A stretch of DNA of 64,000 nucleotides from a virus. Its lineage: Duplodnaviria > Caudoviricetes. Within the stretch, counting starts at the first letter, position 1, and each line of letters starts with the position of its first letter. The notes under the pieces were generated by a model. It was not told the DNA's origin. It made no database searches and worked only from the letters and a program-made list of their open reading frames with translations. This document shows, in pieces, positions 60,557-64,000 of this stretch. The translations under genes and the position numbers were made by a program. The DNA lies in IMG/VR virus record IMGVR_UViG_3300031555_004297; one strand, written 5' to 3'.

Positions 60557-61096
60557 TTACCACATTGTAATTGGCTCTACTTTTTCTTTTATACTTTTAG
60601 GTCCATGAGCTTCATAATATACCCCATAACGCTCAAATAGATAGCACTTATCTTTATCTGTAGACCTAATCATATAACTAAGTTCATCATCGGGCATATG
60701 TAATCCTTTCTTACTATGAAGAATTCTACTCGACCAGATAAAGTTCATCGAATACAGACGAGTATTGATATCCTTCATTTCGGATTCTGAAAGAATATTT
60801 ATAGCTCTTCCAGGCAACTTACCTTCATATTTATGCTTAATAAGCTTAGCTCTATAAGGTTTAAAAAGCTTCTTCATAGTCTTCTTAAACAATTTAATAT
60901 TAGTGCCTGATGGCTGCATCTTATCAAGAGTGCTACTAATATCTAATGCTATTGACATTAGGAATTTTAATACTAAAATATGATCCTCTTGAGGAATATT
61001 TGACTTGGGCTTAAGCTCGACAGTCCAACCTTCATCATCAGACCAAATAAGTGAACCACAGTTAAATTTATAAACGTTTCTAGATTCTGACTTCAT
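60557..61096 (-). CDS. hypothetical protein
   Basis: 179 aa; GAGGTG. Confidence 0.72.
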   Translation of the reverse strand: MKSESRNVYKFNCGSLIWSDDEGWTVELKPKSNIPQEDHILVLKFLMSIALDISSTLDKMQPSGTNIKLFKKTMKKLFKPYRAKLIKHKYEGKLPGRAINILSESEMKDINTRLYSMNFIWSSRILHSKKGLHMPDDELSYMIRSTDKDKCYLFERYGVYYEAHGPKSIKEKVEPITMW

Positions 61097-61211
61097 ATGT
61101 ATTATTTACACCTCTTTATAAATTATTTTATTAAATTGTGGAAGAAGTATTAGAAATATACTATACTATGACCATAATAATAAAAATAAAGAGAGGAGCG
61201 TATAAATTATT

Positions 61212-61673
61212 ATGTTTATACTTAATAGAATTATTACTACAAGAATAGATAGAGGATTTTGTTTCGATACAGCAAAGCTCTATATATATGATTTCAGAAA
61301 TATGTACAGTCCATCATATAGCTATTATGTAAGTCCATTTCCGATTGAGTTTAATCATATCAAGCATATGTCTGAAGATGCTAAAGAGGTAATTATTGAT
61401 AACGTTTTAAGCGTATATGAGAGGAATAATCTCGGTAAATACGCCTCTACTCTTGATGAAATTATAAAAATGATTCATGATAGCGGAGAAGTTATTATAG
61501 ACGAAGATTTGCAGTATCAAAATGTGCTAAGAAGGCTAGGTGAAGTTATCGATTCATCCAACTCTTCGAATCTTCAGAAATACGCAGATGCTGATAAAAC
61601 ACCATTAAAACCTAGTGGCCATAGTGTAGCAGATTTTGTAGATACTGCAATATCTAATCTTAATAAACTATAA
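61212..61673 (+). CDS. hypothetical protein
   Basis: 153 aa; GAGGAG; terminator at ~61688-61713. Confidence 0.72.
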   Translation: MFILNRIITTRIDRGFCFDTAKLYIYDFRNMYSPSYSYYVSPFPIEFNHIKHMSEDAKEVIIDNVLSVYERNNLGKYASTLDEIIKMIHDSGEVIIDEDLQYQNVLRRLGEVIDSSNSSNLQKYADADKTPLKPSGHSVADFVDTAISNLNKL

Positions 61674-61721
61674 CAAAGAACATGAAAGACTAGAGGGATA
61701 CCTCCCTCTAGTCTTTATATT

Positions 61722-62216
61722 TTACTCATAGATAAGCTCATCGTATTCGATGATACAAATACCCCGAGTAGCAGGATGATCCAAAGTTTCACCAAGACCA
61801 TAAGTAATACCATTAACAGTAAGACCATTAGAGGATTTGAGCTCATCAAATCCGCCATTGGAAATAAGGACTGAACCAAATACAGTCGGCTCTCCAGCAT
61901 GACCGTTTGCTCCAGCATTACCGATAATGATATCATATTTTTCCCCTACACAGAGATTGACAATTGCTTTAACGTACTCAGCATTAGAACCGTTTCCGAG
62001 AGAATTCTTGGATCCGCCTCCGCCAATGAGAGTAATTTTATATTTATAGTCTTTTGCTAATGGTAGAGTTATTGATCTATTTGAATCGACTATAATCTCT
62101 CTGCGAATATAACCAGATATCTGGAAATTATTCTTGACATAGTAGTGCTCCCCTGTATTAGGGTTTACTTTCTCAACATATCCCTTCTTAGGAGGGAGTT
62201 TTGCTACACTAATCAT
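61722..62216 (-). CDS. glycine-rich tail-associated protein
   Basis: LIGGGGS...IIIGNAGANG...TVFG...NGG...GICIIEY pattern of phage glycine-rich domains. Confidence 0.65.
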   Translation of the reverse strand: MISVAKLPPKKGYVEKVNPNTGEHYYVKNNFQISGYIRREIIVDSNRSITLPLAKDYKYKITLIGGGGSKNSLGNGSNAEYVKAIVNLCVGEKYDIIIGNAGANGHAGEPTVFGSVLISNGGFDELKSSNGLTVNGITYGLGETLDHPATRGICIIEYDELIYE

Positions 62217-62239
62217 AATTATATTATACCTCCTAATTA

Positions 62240-64000
62240 TTAAGCTTTAACTTTAATAAACGCATTAGCACCGTCTACAGTGACAATTGGAAGAAATTGA
62301 GCTGTACTCATATACGATACGCTGTTAACATATGTGGTATGGTTTTTATCGAAATTCTCCGAGAGTTTATTAACCAAATTATCACAATCAAGCTTAAGAT
62401 CTTCCTTATTGGCACTAATTTGAAGGATACTTATTTCACTTGAATCATATATTCCAAAGCCTATAGGAGCTGCAAAATCAATCTCATTCATACCTCCCAT
62501 GGTAGCATTTTCAAGTGCGCTAAGTAATCCAGCATTACTTAAAGTACGTTTCGCAGGTGCTGGTTCAGGAAGTGAAAAATCAATAAATTCGCATCCATAA
62601 GAGTTAATCCACATGCCAGAATCGTTACAAGTCATGATATAAAAATCATCTTGAAATTTTATGGAGAACAATTCTGCAATTAATGCACTATAATTTTCTA
62701 CCTCATTTCCATTACCGCACGTATACGATGGTAGATATATTTGATATATTATATCCGTATTTTTATTATTATTAATAATAAGTCCCGTGCTTTCCTGAGA
62801 AAAATCCGTATACCAGTCTGATATTGCTGTAACTAATATACCTCCCCTCAATTTACTCACGGGGAAATAATTAGAGCCAAGACGATCGCCCATCGTACGA
62901 ACGCATCTACCGCCAGTGCCATCAATGTTACATGCAAGTACTGCAGTAGCATGATATCCAAAACCTAGATATACACTTGCGAGCACAATGTTATCATTTG
63001 CGGCAATATCTGACCTTACACTGTTAAGATATAAATAATCGACATTAGATACAGTATTATCAAGTGTAGTTATCGTTGCATCATGTGTATAAATCTTACA
63101 CTCAGTTATAGTATCCGCAAGACTAATTTCCAACAGGTTAAACTTAGCTGTTGCAGTAGGCCTGATACTCGCATCATCGCCTTCTACACCATCTTCTAAT
63201 CCATCTTTACAGAATTCTGCTAAGATTACGAATAGCTTATTATTATAAGCATATGAGCTACAATATCTAGTCAAAGGAACTTGAAGTTCATAGTAACCAG
63301 ACTCTGGTGGTTGCCAATGATATCCATAGGCGCTATTAAGGACTTCTTCCATACCATCATGATCAAGATAATACTCAAATTTAGTTGTCGTATTAAACCA
63401 TGTACCTTCTCCTAGGTATTGTTCTTTATAAACTGTACATATGTGTATAGCAGTAGCTAATCCGCATACTCTACTACCTGTCGACTCATCAATTGTAACA
63501 TAGTCCCACGAAAACTTATCCCAAACATGCATAATATATACATTATTAGAATCATCAGATATAATTTTAGCCTCTCTTAGATTAAGGAAGTTGATATCGT
63601 CCAGTTCTTCACCCATAGACAACTCACCACTGGCAATTACAGTACCCGATACCTGATCTACTTCATACATCCTATAACCAACACCAAAACTACTGTCTGA
63701 GTTATCGTATTGCGTATGGACCCACATAACTCCATTACTATCGACGTATGAAGATAATATTGTCTCATTAGTCTTACTTAAATTAAGAATAGTTTTAAGA
63801 TCTCCAGTATGCTTATAGGCGCTAGAGTCTAGAAAAGACTTGGTACTATTTGGATCTTTATAATCTGCATCAGCAGGAACAGGATCCCCGTTGCATAACG
63901 CCCATTTCTCACCCAACGTATTTCTCGTTGTAATTCTTATATCGCCTACTTTATCCCCGGAATTTCCCGGATTGCTTCGGCTAATAATTCCTTGTCCCAT
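62240..64000 (-). CDS. tail fibre / receptor-binding protein with a split collar-like domain
   Basis: N-terminal KVGDIRIT...WALCNG and C-terminal FLP...AFIKVK flank a beta-rich insert. The ATG is at the window edge, so the start may lie outside. Confidence 0.7.
   Translation of the reverse strand: MGQGIISRSNPGNSGDKVGDIRITTRNTLGEKWALCNGDPVPADADYKDPNSTKSFLDSSAYKHTGDLKTILNLSKTNETILSSYVDSNGVMWVHTQYDNSDSSFGVGYRMYEVDQVSGTVIASGELSMGEELDDINFLNLREAKIISDDSNNVYIMHVWDKFSWDYVTIDESTGSRVCGLATAIHICTVYKEQYLGEGTWFNTTTKFEYYLDHDGMEEVLNSAYGYHWQPPESGYYELQVPLTRYCSSYAYNNKLFVILAEFCKDGLEDGVEGDDASIRPTATAKFNLLEISLADTITECKIYTHDATITTLDNTVSNVDYLYLNSVRSDIAANDNIVLASVYLGFGYHATAVLACNIDGTGGRCVRTMGDRLGSNYFPVSKLRGGILVTAISDWYTDFSQESTGLIINNNKNTDIIYQIYLPSYTCGNGNEVENYSALIAELFSIKFQDDFYIMTCNDSGMWINSYGCEFIDFSLPEPAPAKRTLSNAGLLSALENATMGGMNEIDFAAPIGFGIYDSSEISILQISANKEDLKLDCDNLVNKLSENFDKNHTTYVNSVSYMSTAQFLPIVTVDGANAFIKVKA

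Noticed and set aside
1-64000. Stop-codon recoding, tRNA or rRNA genes, inteins, integrase or transposase, phage-nucleus shell gene
   Set aside because: Core genes are full-length under the standard code. No cloverleaf, intein splice motifs or such genes were recognised by eye, though a divergent one could be missed.

Overview
AT-rich, densely coding segment of a jumbo bacteriophage of the PBS1/AR9-phiKZ type, read with the standard genetic code. GGAGG ribosome-binding sites and a LysM-3D protein point to a Firmicute host. Most genes are on the minus strand and form a replication and transcription core: a family B DNA polymerase N-terminal subunit interrupted by a group I intron carrying an HNH endonuclease, SbcC and SbcD, three RNA polymerase beta-like pieces, NAD-dependent ligase, RecA/UvsX, GyrA- and GyrB-like topoisomerase subunits, Dda/RecD and DnaB helicases, and a PD-(D/E)XK nuclease. 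Virion and tail genes and many hypotheticals fill the rest. Main findings: (1) a stand-alone Cas7/RAMP-like gene (56193-57080) is followed directly by an ~800-nt non-coding array of about 20 units. Each unit starts GGA, is built of NGA-NN pentamers and is nearly always 5n+1 nt long; the array lies between a 5' hairpin and a terminator. This is a candidate non-CRISPR RNA-guided system. (2) A short peptide motif, [LF]-x-[EDK]-P-M-x-F, recurs in the polymerase, ligase, DnaB, an RNAP subunit and two small proteins. (3) Several promoter-to-terminator non-coding RNAs are present, some displaying anti-Shine-Dalgarno loops. (4) A 16-bp tandem array may mark an origin. (5) Two phage promoter classes recur, AAC(A/T)-N6-TA and TATATTAT. 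All calls come from reading motifs by eye; no database searches were run.
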